From: Camelus dromedarius
Lineage: Eukaryota
Length of the DNA: 64,000 nucleotides
Reading direction: 5' to 3'
NCBI RefSeq assembly: GCF_036321535.1
Contig: NC_087436.1
Coordinates: 930,001-994,000, forward strand
Part shown: in pieces, positions 11,401 through 24,379 of the stretch
Layout: the number at the start of each line of letters is the position of its first letter
How positions within the stretch are numbered: position 1 is the stretch's first letter
Notes under the pieces: model-generated
Seen by the model: only the letters and a program-made list of their open reading frames with translations
What the model was told of the DNA's origin: nothing
Databases searched by the model: none
Program-made: the position numbers and the translations under genes

Positions 11401-14400
11401 AGATGTTCGTTCATCTAGCACCAAGGGAACGGGTTGCAGGAGACACTTTTTCCCTGCTTTCTCAGTCTGTTTCCTAGGGCCGGTTTGAAGTTCCTGCAGT
11501 TTTCACTGTGAAACCGAGTTGGAGCTAGTACCTCCCCATATATATGTATGGAATGGAGTTTGCAACTGAAAAGAAACTTTGTGTTCCCAACAAGCTAGTT
11601 GAAGGTCGGCTTTCACACGCACATATCTCTCAGAACTGAGCAAGTGGAGAGACGTTCGTTCATCTAGCACCAAGGGAACGGGTTGCAGGAGACACTTTTT
11701 CTCTGTTTTCTCAGTCTGTTTCCTAGTGCCGGTTTGAAGTTCCTGCAGTTTTCACTGTCAACCGGAGTTGGAGCTAGTACCTCCCCATATATATGTATGG
11801 AATGGAGTTTGCAACTGAAAAGAAACTTTGTGTTCCCAACAAGCTAGGTGAAGGACGGCTTTCACACGCACATATCTCTCAGAACTTAGCAAGTGGAGAG
11901 ATGTTCGTTCATCTAGCACCAAGGGAACGGGTTGCAGGAGACACTTTTTCTCTGCTTTCTCAGTCTGTTTCCTAGTGCCGGTTTGAAGTTCCTGCAGTTT
12001 TCATTGTCAAACCAATTTGGAGCTTGTATCTCCCCATATATAAGTATGGAATGGAGTTTACAACTGAAAAGAAACTTTGTGTTCCCAACAAGCTAGGTGA
12101 AGGACGGCTTTCACACACACTTATCTCTCAGAACAGAGCAAGTGGAGAGACGTTCGTTCATCTAGCACCAAGGGAACGGGTTGCAGGAGACACTTTTTCT
12201 CTGCTTTCTCAGTCTGTTTCCTAGTGCCGGTTTGATGTTCCTGCAGTTTTCACTGTGAAACCGAGTTGGAGCTTCTACTTCCCCATATATATGTATGGAA
12301 TGGAGTTTGCAACTGAAAAGAAACTTTGTGTTCCCAACAAGCTAGGTGAAGGACGGCTTTCACACACACTTATCTCTCAGAACTGAGCAAGTGGAGAGAC
12401 GTTCGTTCATCTAGCACCAAGGGAACGGGTTGCAGGAGACACTTTTTCTCTGCTTTCTCAGTCTGTTTCCTAGTCCCGGTTTGAAGTTCCTGCAGTTTTC
12501 ACTGTGAAACCGCGTTGGAGCTAGTACCTCCCCATATATATGTATGGAATGGAGTTTGCAAATGAAAAGAAACTTTGTGTTCCCAAAAAGCTAGTTGAAG
12601 GACGGCTTTCACACACACTTATCTCTCAGAACTGAGCAAGTGGAGAGACGTTCGTTCATCTAGCACCAAGGGAACTGGTTGCAGGAGACACTTTTTCTCT
12701 GCATTCTCAGTCTGTTTCCTAGTGCCGGTTTGAAGTTCCTGCAGTTTTCACTGTAAAACCGATTTGGAGCTAGTACCTCCCCATATATATGTATGGAATG
12801 GAGTTTGCAACTGAAAAGAAACTTTGTGTTCCCAACAAGCTAGGTGAAGGACGGCTTTCACACACACTTATCTCTCAGAACTGAGCAAGTGGAGAGACGT
12901 TCGTTCATCTAGCACAAAGGGAACGGGTTGCAGGAGACACTTTTTCTCTGCTTTCTCAGTCTGTTTCCTAGTGCCGGTTTGAAGTTCCTGCAGTTTTCAC
13001 TGTCAAACCTATTTGGAGCTAGTACCTCCCCATATATATGTATGGAATTGAGTTGGCAACTGAAAAGAAACTTTGTGTTCCCAACAAGCTATGTGAAGGA
13101 CGGCTTTCACACACACTTATCTCTGAGAACTGAGCAAGTGGAGAGACGTTCTTTCATGTAGCTCCAATGGAACGGGTTGCAGGAGACACTTTTTCTCTGC
13201 TTCCTCAGTCTGTTTCCTAGTGCCGGTTTGAAGTTCCTGCAGTTTTCACTCTCAAACCGAGTTGGAGCTAGTACCTCCCCATATATATGTATGGAATTGA
13301 GTTGGCAACTGAAAAGAAACTTTGTGTCCCCAACAAGCTAGGTGAAGGACGGCTTTCACACACATTTATCTCTCAGAACTGAGCAAGTGGAGAGACGTTC
13401 TTTCATGTAGCACCAAGGGAACGGGTTGCAGGAGACACTTTTTCTATGCTTCCTCAGTCTGTTTCCTAGTGCCGGTTTGAAGTTCCTGCATTTTTCACTG
13501 TTAAACCGAGTTGGAGCTTCTACCTCCCCATATATATGTATGGAATGGAGTTTGCAACTGAAAAGAAACTTTGTGTTCCCAACAAGCAAGGTGAAGGACG
13601 GCTTTCACACACACTTATCTCTCAGAACAGAGCAATTGGAGAGACGTTCGTTCATCTAGCACCAAGGGAACGGGTTGCAGGAGACACTTTTTCTCTGCTT
13701 TCTCAGTCTGTTTCCTAGTGCCGGTTTGAAGTTCCTGCAGTTTTCACTATCAACCCGAGTTGGAGCTAGTACCTCCCCATATATATGTATGGAATGGAGT
13801 TTGCAACTGAAAAGAAACTTTGTGTTCCCAACAAGCTAGTTGAAGGTCGGCTTTCACACGCACATATCTCTCAGAACTGAGCAAGTGGAGAGACGTTCGT
13901 TCATCTAGCACCAAGGGAACGGGTTGCAGGAGACACTTTTTCTCTGCTTTCTCAGTCTGTTTCCTAGTGCCGGTTTGAAGTTCCTGCAGTTTTCACTGTC
14001 AACCCGAGTTGGAGCTAGTACCTCCCCATATATATGTATGGAATGGAGTTTGCAACTGAAAAGAAACTTTGTGTTCCCAACAAGCTAGGTGAAGGACGGC
14101 TTTCACACGCACATATCTCTCAGAACTTAGCAAGTGGAGAGATGTTCGTTCATCTAGCACCAAGGGAACGGGTTGCAGGAGACACTTTTTCTCTGCTTTC
14201 TCAGTCTGTTTCCTAGTGCCGGTTTGAAGTTCCTGCAGTTTTCATTGTCAAACCAATTTGGAGCTTGTATCTCCCCATATATAAGTATGGAATGGAGTTT
14301 ACAACTGAAAAGAAACTTTGTGTTCCCAACAAGCTAGGTGAAGGACGGCTTTCACACACACTTATCTCTCAGAACAGAGCAATTGGAGAGACGTTCGTTC

Positions 14401-16830
14401 ATCTAGCACCAAGGGAACGGGTTGCAGGAGACACTTTTTCTCTGTTTTCTCAGTCTGTTTCCTAGTGCCGGTTTGATGTTCCTGCAGTTTTCACTGTGAA
14501 ACCGAGTTGGAGCTTCTACTTCCCCATATATATTTATGGAATGGAGTTTGCAACTGAAAAGAAACTTTGTGTTCCCAACAAGCTAGGTGAAGGACGGCTT
14601 TCACACACACTTATCTCTCAGAACTGAGCAAGTGGAGAGACGTTCGTTCATCTAGCACCAAGGGAACGGGTTGCAGGAGACACTTTTTCTCTGCTTTCTC
14701 AGTCTGTTTCCTAGTGCCGGTTTGAAGTTCCTGCAGTTTTCACTGTGAAACCGCGTTGGAGCTAGTACCTCCCCATATATATGTATGGAATGGAGTTTGC
14801 AACTGAAAAGAAACTTTGTGTTCCCAAAAAGCTAGTTGAAGGACGGCTTTCACACACACTTATCTCTCAGAACTGAGCAAGTGGAGAGACGTTCGTTCAT
14901 CTAGCACCAAGGGAACTGGTTGCAGGAGACACTTTTTCTCTGCATTCTCAGTCTGTTTCCTAGTGCCGGTTTGAAGTTCCTGCAGTTTTCACTGTAAAAC
15001 CGAGTTGGAGCTAGTACCTCCCCATATATATGTATGGAATGGAGTTTGCAACTGAAAAGAAACTTTGTGTTCCCAACAAGCTAGGTGAAGGACGGCTTTC
15101 ACACACACTTATCTCTCAGAACTGAGCAAGTGGAGAGACGTTCGTTCATCTAGCACAAAGGGAACGGGTTGCAGGAGACACTTTTTCTCTGCTTTCTCAG
15201 TCTGTTTCCTAGTGCCGGTTTGAAGTTCCTGCAGTTTTCACTGTCAAACCTATTTGGAGCTAGTACCTCCCCATATATATGTATGGAATTGAGTTGGCAA
15301 CTGAAAAGAAACTTTGTGTTCCCAACAAGCTATGTGAAGGACGGCTTTCACACACACTTATCTCTGAGAACTGAGCAAGTGGAGAGACGTTCTTTCATGT
15401 AGCTCCAATGGAACGGGTTGCAGGAGACACTTTTTCTCTGCTTCCTCAGTCTGTTTCCTAGTGCCGGTTTGAAGTTCCTGCAGTTTTCACTGTAAAACCG
15501 AGTTGGAGCTTCTACCTCCCCATATATATGTATGGAATGGAGTTTGCAACTGAAAAGGAACTTTGTGTTCCCAACAAGCTAGGTGAAGGACGGCTTTCAC
15601 ACGCACATATCTCTCAGAACTGAGCAAGTGGAGAGACTTTCGTTCATGTAGCACCAAGGGAACGGGTTGCAGGAGACACTATTTCTCTGCTTTCTCAGTC
15701 TGTTTCCTAGTGCCGGTTTGAAGTTCCTGCAGTTTTCACTCTCAAACCGAGTTGGAGCTAGTATTTCCCCATATATATGTATGGAATTGAGTTGGCAACT
15801 GAAAAGAAACTTTGTGTCCCCAACAAGCTAGGTGAAGGACGGCTTTCACACACATTTATCTCTCAGAACTGAGCAAGTTGAGAGACGTTCTTTCATGTAG
15901 CACCAAGGGAACGGGTTGCAGGAGACACTTTTTCTATGCTTCCTCAGTCTGTTTCCTAGTGCCGGTTTGAAGTTCCTGCAGTTTTCACTGTTAAACCGAG
16001 TTGGAGCTTCTACCTCCCCATATATATGTATGGAATGGAGTTTGCAACTGAAAAGAAACTTTGTGTTCCCAACAAGCAAGGTGAAGGACGGCTTTCACAC
16101 ACACTTATCTCTCAGAACAGAGCAATTGGAGAGACGTTCGTTCATCTAGCACCAAGGGAACGGGTTGCAGGAGACACTTTTTCTCTGCTTTCTCAGTCTG
16201 TTTCCTAGTGCCGGTTTGAAGTTCCTGCAGTTTTCACTGTCAACCCGAGTTGGAGCTAGTACCTCCCCATATATATGTATGGAACGGAGTTTGCAACTGA
16301 AAAGAAACTTTGTGTTCCCAACAAGCTAGGTGAAGGACGGCTTTCACACGCACATATCTCTCAGAACTTAGCAAGTGGAGAGATGTTCGTTCATCTAGCA
16401 CCAAGGGAACGGGTTGCAGGAGACACTTTTTCCCTGCTTTCTCAGTCTGTTTCCTAGTGCCGGTTTGAAGTTCCTGCAGTTTTCATTGTCAAACCAATTT
16501 GGAGCTTGTATCTCCCCATATATAAGTATGGAATGGAGTTTACAACTGAAAAGAAACTTTGTGTTCCCAACAAGCTAGGTGAAGGACGGCTTTCACACAC
16601 ACTTATCTCTCAGAACAGAGCAATTGGAGAGACGTTCGTTCATCTAGCACCAAGGGAACGGGTTGCAGGAGACACTTTTTCTCTGTTTTCTCAGTCTGTT
16701 TCCTAGTGCCGGTTTGATGTTCCTGCAGTTTTCACTGTGAAACCGAGTTGGAGCTTCTACTTCCCCATATATATGTATGGAATGGAGTTTGCAACTGAAA
16801 AGAAACTTTGTGTTCCCAACAAGCAAGGTG
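8440..16830. repeat. Variable-length HOR domain: about 4 copies of an 8-monomer core (module X) with unit lengths of 8, 10 and 9 monomers
   Basis: The ACCTATTTGG marker ORFs are at 8446, 10438, 12928 and 15169 (steps 1992, 2490, 2241). The TAAGTATGG marker ORFs are at 12024, 14265 and 16506 (steps 2241). Confidence 0.85.
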
Positions 16831-19800
16831 AAGGACGGCTTTCAAACACACTTATCTCTCAGAACTGAGCAAGTGGAGAGACGTTCGTTCATCTAGCACC
16901 AAGGGAACGGGTTGCAGGAGACACTTTTTCTCTGCTTTCTCAGTCTGTTTCCTAGTGCCGGTTTGAAGTTCCTGCAGTTTTCACTGTCAAACCGAGTTGC
17001 AGCTAGTACCTACCCATATATATGTATGGAATGGAGTTTGCAACTGAAAAGAAACTTTGTGTTCCCAACAAGCTAGGTGAAGGACGGCTTTCACACACAT
17101 TTATCTCTCAGAACTGAGCAAGTGGAGAGACTTTCGTTCATGTAGCACCAAGGGAACGGGTTGCAGGAGACACTTTTTCTCTGCTTTCCCAGTCTGTTTC
17201 CTAGTGCCGGTTTGAAGTTCCTGCAGTTATCACTGTCAAACCGAGTTGGAGCTAGTACCTCCCCATATATATGTATGGAATGGAGTTTGCAACTGAAAAG
17301 AAACTTTGTGTTCCCAACAAGCTAGGTGAAGGACGGCTTTCACACACACTTATCTCTCAGAACTGAGCAAGTGGAGAGACGTTCGTTCATGTAGCACCAA
17401 GGGAACGGGTTGCAGGAGACACTTTTTCTCTGCTTCCACAGTCTGTTTCCTAGTGCCGGTTTGAAGTTCCTGCACTTTTCACTGTACAACCGTGTTGGAG
17501 CTTGTACCTCCCCATATATATGTATGGAATGGAGTTTGCAATTGAAAAGAAACTTTGTGTTCCCAACAAGCTAGGTGAAGGACGGCTTTCACACACACTT
17601 ATCTCTCAGAACTGAGCAAGTGGAGAGACGTTCGTTCATCTAGCACCAAGGGAACGGGTTGCAGTAGACACTTTTTCTCTGTTTTCTCAGTCTGTTTCCT
17701 AGTGCCGGTTTGAAGTTCCTGCAGTTTTCACTGTGAAACCGAGTTGGAGCTTCTACCTCCCCATATATATGTATGGAATGGAGTTTGCAACTGAAAAGAA
17801 ACTTTGTGTTCCCAACAAGCAAGGTGAAGGACGGCTTTCACACACACTTATCTCTCAGAACTGAGCAAGTGGAGAGACGTTCGTTCATCTAGCACCAAGG
17901 GAACGGGTTGCAGGAGACACTTTTTCTCTGCTTTCTTAGTCAGATTCCTAGTGCCGGTATGAAGTTCCTGCAGTTTTCACTGTCAAACCGAGTTGGAGCT
18001 AGTACCTCCCCATATATATGTATGGAATGGAGTTTGCAACTGAAAAGAAACTTTGTGTTCCCAACAAGCTAGGTGAAGGACGGCTTTCACACACACTTAT
18101 CTCCCAGAACTGAGCAAGTGGAGAGACGTTCGTTCATCTAGCACCAAGGGAACGGGTTGCAGGAGACACGTTTTCTCTGCTTTCTCAGTCTGTTTCCTAG
18201 AGCCGGTTTGAAGTTCCTGCAGTTTTCACTGTAAAACCGAGTTGGAGCTTCTACCTTACCATATATATGTATGGAATGGAGTTTGCAACTGAAAAGAAAC
18301 TTTGTGTTCCCAACAAGCAAGGTGAAGGACGGCTTACACACACACTTATTTCTCAGAACTGAGCAAGTGGAGAGACGTTCGTTCATCTAGCACCAAGGGA
18401 ACGGGTTGCAAGAGACACTTTTTCTCTGCTTTCTCAGTCTTTTTCCTAGTGCCGGTTTAAATTACCTGCAGTTTTCACTGTCAAACCGAGTTGGAGCTAG
18501 TACCTCCCCATATATATGTATGGAATTGAGTTGGCAACTGAAAAGAAACTTTGTGTTCCCAACAAGCTAGGTGAAGGACGGCTTTCACACACACTTATCT
18601 CTCAGAACTGAGCAAGTGGAGAGACGTTCTTTCATGTAGCACCAAGGGAACGTGTTGCAGGAGACACTTTTTCTCTTCTTCCTCAGTCTGTTTCCTAGTG
18701 CCGGTTTGAAGTTCCTGCAGTTTTCACTGTAAAACCGTGTTGGAGCTTGTACCTCCCCATATATATGAATGGAATGGAGTTTGCAACTGAAAAGATACTT
18801 TGTGTTCCCAACAAGCTAGGTGAATGATGGCTTTCACACACACTTATCTCTCAGAACTGAGCAAGAGGAGAGACGTTCGTTCATCTAGCACCAAGGGAAC
18901 GGGTTGCAGGAGACACATTTTCTCAGCTTTCTCAGTCTGTTTCCTAGTGCCGGTTTGAAGTTCCTGCAGTTTTCACTGTAAAACCGAGTTGGAGCTTCTA
19001 CCTCCCCATATATATGTTTGGAATGGAATTTGCAACTTAAAAGAAACTTTGTGTTCCCAACAAGCTAGGTGAAGGACGGCTTTCACACACACTTATCTCT
19101 CAGAACAGACCAAGTTGAGAGACGTTCGTTCATCTAGCACCAAGGGAACGGGTTGCAGGGGACACTTTTTCTCTGCTTTCTCAGTCTGTTTCCTAGTGCC
19201 GGTTTGAAGTTCCTGCAGTTTTCACTGTGAAACCGAGTTGGAGCTAGTACCTCCCCATATATATGTATGGAATGGTGTTTGCAACTGAAAAGAAACTTTG
19301 TGTTCCAAACAAGCTAGTTGAAGGTCGGCTGTCACACGCACATATCTCTCAGAACTGAGCAAGTGGAGAGACGTTCGTTCATCTAGCACCAAGGGAACGG
19401 GTTGGAAGAGACACTTTTTCTCTGCTTCCTCAGTCTGTTTCCTAGTGCCGGTTTGAAGTTCCTGCAGTTTTCACTGTAAAACCGGGTTGGAGCTTGTACC
19501 TCCCCATATATATGTATGGAATGGAGTTTGCAACTGAAAAGAAACTTTGTGTTCCCAACAAGCTAGGTGAAGGACGGCTTTCACACACAGTTATCTCTCA
19601 GAAATGAGCAAGTGGAGAGACGTTCGTTCATCTAGCACCAAGGGAACGGGTTGCAGGAGACACTTTTTCTCTGCTTTCTCAGTCTGTTTCCTAGTGCCGG
19701 TTTGAAGTTCCTGCAGTTTTCACTGTCAAACAGAGTTGGAGCTAGTACCTCCCCATATATATGTATGGAATGAAGTTTGCAACTGAAAAGAAACTTTGTG

Positions 19801-21249
19801 TTCCCAACAAGCTAGGTGAAGGACGGCTTTCACACACACTTATCTCTCAGAACAGAGCAAGTGGAGAGACGTTCGTTCATCTAGCACCAAGGGAACGGGT
19901 TGCAGGAGACACTTTTTCTCTGCTTTCTCAGTCTGTTTCCTAGTGCCGGTTTGAAGTTCCTGCAGTTTTCACTGTCAAACCGATTTGGAGCTAGTACCTT
20001 CCCATATATATGTATGGAATGGAGTTTGCAACTGACAAGAAAATGTGTTCAAAACAAGCTAGGTGAAGGACGGCTTTCATACGCACATATCTCTCAGAAC
20101 TGAGCAAGTGGAGAGACGTTCTTTCATGTAGCACCAAGGGAACGGGTTGCAGGAGACACTTTTTCTCTGCTTTCTCAGTCTGTTTCCTAGTGCCGGTTTG
20201 AAGTTCCTGCAGTTTTCACTGTCAAACCGAGTTGGAGCTAGTACCTCCCCATATATATGTATTGAATGGGGTTTGCAACTGAAAAGAAACTTTGTGTTCC
20301 CAACAACCTAGGTGAAGGACGGATTTCACACATTTATCTCTCAGAACTAAGCAAGTGGAGAGACGTTCGTTCATCTAGTACCAAGGGAATGGGTTGCAGG
20401 AGACACTTTTTCTCTGCTTTCTCAGTCTGTTTCCTAGTGCCGGTTTGAAGTTCCTGCAGTTTTCATTGTCAAACCTATATGGAGCTAGTATCTCCCCATA
20501 TATATGTATGGAATGGAGTTTACAACTGAAAAGAAACTTTGTGTTCCCAACAAGCTTACTGAAGAGCGGCTTTCACACACACTTATCTCTCAGAACTGAG
20601 CAAGTGGAGAAACGTTCGTTCATCTAGCACCAAGGGAACGGGTTGCAGGAGACACTTTTTCTCTGCTTTCTCAGTCTATTTCCTAGTGCCGGTTTGAAGT
20701 TCCTGCAGTTATCACTGTAAAACCGAGTTGGAGCTTCTACCTCCCCATATATATGTATGGAATGGAGTTTGCAACTGAAAAGAAACTTTGTGTTCCCAAC
20801 AAGCTAGGTGAAGGACGGCTTTCACACCCACTTATCTCTCAGAACTGAGCAAGTGGAGAGACGTTCGTTCATCTAACACCAAGGGAACGGGTTGCAGGAG
20901 ACACTTTTTCTCTGCTTTCTCTGTCTGTTTCCTAGTGCCGGTTTGAAGTTCCTGCAGTTTTCACTGTGAAACCGCGTTGGAGCTAGTACCTCCCCATATA
21001 TATGTATGGAATGGAGTTTGAAACTGAAAAGAAACTTTGTGTTCCCAAAAAGCTAGGTGAAGGACGGCTTTCACACGCACTTATCTCTCAGAACTGAGCA
21101 AGTGGAGAGACGTTCGTTCATCTAACACCAAGGGAACGGGTTGCAGGAGACACTTTTTCTCTGCTTTATCAGTCTGTTTCCTAGTGCCGTTTTGAAGTTC
21201 CTGCCGTTTTCACTGTAAAACCGAGTTGGAGCTTGTACCTCCCCATATA

Positions 21250-22790
21250 TTTGTATGGAATGGAGTTTGCAACTGAAAAGAAACTTTGTGTTCCCAACAA
21301 GCTAGGTGAAGGACGGCTTTCACACACATTTATCTCTCAGAACAGAGCAAGTGGAGAGACGTTCGTTCATCTAGCACCAAGGGAACGGGTTGCAGGAGAC
21401 ACTTTTTCTCTGCTTTCTCAGTCTGTTTCCTAGTGACGGTTTGAATTTCCTTCAGTTTTCACTGTAAAACCGAGTTGGAGCTGGTACCTCCCCATATATA
21501 TTTATGGAATGGAGTTTGCAACTGAAAAGAAAATTTGTGTTCCCAACAAGCTAGGTGAAGGACGGCTTTCACACACACTTATCTCTCAGAACTGAGCAAG
21601 TGGAGAGACGTTCGTTCATCTAGCACCAAGGGAACAGGTTGCAGGAGACACTTTTTCTCTGCTTTCTCAGTCTGTTTCCTAGTGCCGGTTTGAAGTTCCT
21701 GCAGTTTTCACTGTAAAACCGAGTTGGAGCTAGTACCTCCCCATATATATGTATGGAATGGAGTTTGCAACTGAAAAGAAACTTTGTGTTCCCAACAAGC
21801 TAGGTGAAGGACGGCTTTCACACACACTTATCTCTAAGAACTGAGCAAGTGGAGAGACGTTCGTTCATCTAGCACCAAGGGAACGGGTTGCAGGAGACAC
21901 TTTTTCTCTGCTTTCTCTGTATGTTTCCTAGTGCCGGTATGAAGTTCCTGCATTTTTCACTGTAAAATCGAGTTGGAGCTTCTACTCCCCATATATATTT
22001 ATGGAATGGAGTTTGCAACTGAAAAGAAACTTTGTGTTCCCAACAAGCTAGGTGAAGGACGGCTTTCACACACACTTATCTCTCAGAACAGAGCAAGTGG
22101 AGAGACGTTCGTTCATCTAGCACCAAGGGAACGGGTTGCAGGAGACACTTTTTCTCTGCTTTCTCAGTCTGTTTCCTAGTGACGGTTTGAATTTCCTTCA
22201 GTTTTCACTGTAAAACCGAGTTGGAGCTGGTACCTCCCCATATATATTTATGGAATGGAGTTTGCAACTGAAAAGAAACTTTGTGTTCCCAACAAGCTAG
22301 GTGAAGGACGGCTTTCACACACACTTATCTCTCAGAACTGAGCAAGTGGAGAGACGTTCGTTCATCTAGCACCAAGGGAACAGGTTGCAGGAGACACTTT
22401 TTCTCTGCTTTCTCAGTCTGTTTCCTAGTGCCGGTTTGAAGTTCCTGCAGTTTTCACTGTAAAACCGAGTTGGAGCTAGTACCTCCCCATATATATGTAT
22501 GGAATGGAGTTTGCAACTGAAAAGAAACTTTGTGTTCCCAACAAGCTAGGTGAAGGACGGCTTTCACACACACTTATCTCTAAGAACTGAGCAAGTGGAG
22601 AGACGTTCGTTCATCTAGCACCAAGGGAACGGGTTGCAGGAGACACTTTTTCTCTGCTTTCTCTGTATGTTTCCTAGTGCCGGTATGAAGTTCCTGCATT
22701 TTTCACTGTAAAATCGAGTTGGAGCTTCTACTCCCCATATATATTTATGGAATGGAGTTTGCAACTGAAAAGAAACTTTGTGTTCCCAAC
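21250..22790. repeat. Local 3-monomer duplication (746-bp offset)
   Basis: GTGACGGTTTGAATTTCCTTCAG, GGAACAGG, CTCTAAGAA and the CTACTCCCC 1-bp deletion recur 746 bp apart; ORFs at 21869 and 22615. Confidence 0.85.
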
Positions 22791-24379
22791 AAGCAAGTTG
22801 AAGGACGGCTTTCACACACACTTATCTCTCAGAACTGAGCAAGTGGAGAGACGTTCGTTCATCTAGCACCAAGGGAACGGGTTGCAGGAGACACTTTTTC
22901 TCTGCTTTCTCAGTCTGTTTCCTAGTGCCGGTTTGATGTTCCTGCAGTTTTCACTGTAAAACCGAGTTGGAGCTAGTACCTCCCCATATATATGTATGGA
23001 ATGGAGTTTGCAACTGAAAAGAAACTTTGTGTTTCCAACAAGCTAGGTGAAGGACGGCTTTCACACACAGTTATCTCTCAGAAATGAGCAAGTGGAGAGA
23101 CGTTCGTTCATCTAGCACCAAGGGAACGGGTTGCAGGAGACACTTTTTCTCTGCTTTCTCAGTCTGTTTCCTAGTGCCGGTTTGAAGTTCCTGCAGTTTT
23201 CACTGTCAAACAGAGTTGGAGCTAGTACCTCCCCATATATATGTATGGAATGAAGTTTGCAACTGAAAAGAAACTTTGTGTTCCCAACAAGCTTGGTGAA
23301 GAGCGGCTTTCACACACACTTATCTCTCCGAACTGAGCAAGTGGAGAGACGTTCGTTCATCTAGCACCAAGGGAACGGGTTGCAGGAGACACTTTTTCTC
23401 TGCTTTCTCAGTCTGTTTCCTAGTGTCGGTTTGAAGTTCCTGCAGTTTTCACTGTCAAACCGAGTTGGAGCTTGTACCTCCCCATATATATGTATGGAAT
23501 GGAGTTTGCAACTGAAAAGAAACTTTGTGTTCCCAACAAGCTAGGTGAAGGACGGCTTTCACACACACTTATCTCTCAGAACAGAGCAAGTGGAGAGACG
23601 TTCGTTCATCTAGCACCAAGGGAACGGGTTGCAGGAGACACTTTTTCTCTGCTTTCTCAGTCTGTTTCCTAGTCCCGGTTTGAAGTTCCTGCAGTTTTCA
23701 CTGTAAAACCGAGTTGGAGCTGGTACCTCCCCATATATATGTATGGAATGGAGTTTGCAACTGAAAAGAAACTTTGTGTTCCCAACAAGCTAGGTGAAGG
23801 ACGGCTTTCACACACACTTATCTCTCAGAACTGAGCAAGTGGAGAGACGTTCGTTCATCTAGCACCAAGGGAACAGGTTGCAGGAGACACTTTTTCTCTG
23901 ATTTCTCAGTCTGTTTCCTAGTGCCGGTTTGAAGTTCCTGCAGTTTTCACTGTAAAACCGAGTTGGAGCTAGTACCTCCCCATATATATGTATGGAATGG
24001 AGTTTGCAACTGAAAAGAAACTTTGTGTTCCCAACAAGCTAGGTGAAGTACGGCTTTCACACACACTTATCTCTCAGAACAGAGCAATTGGAGAGACGTT
24101 CGTTCATCTAGCACCAAGGGAACGGGTTGCAGGAGACACTTTTTCTCTGCTTTCTCAGTCTGTTTCCTAGTGCCGGTTTGAAGTTCCTGCAGTTTTCACT
24201 GTCAAACCGAGTTGGAGCTAGTACCTCCCATATATATGTATGGAATGGAGTTTGCAACTGAAAAGAAACTTTGTGTTCCCAACAAGCTAGGTGAAGGACG
24301 GCTTTCACACACACTTATCTCTAAGAACTGAGCAAGTGGAGAGACGTTCGTTCATCTAGCACCAAGGGAACGGGTTGCA

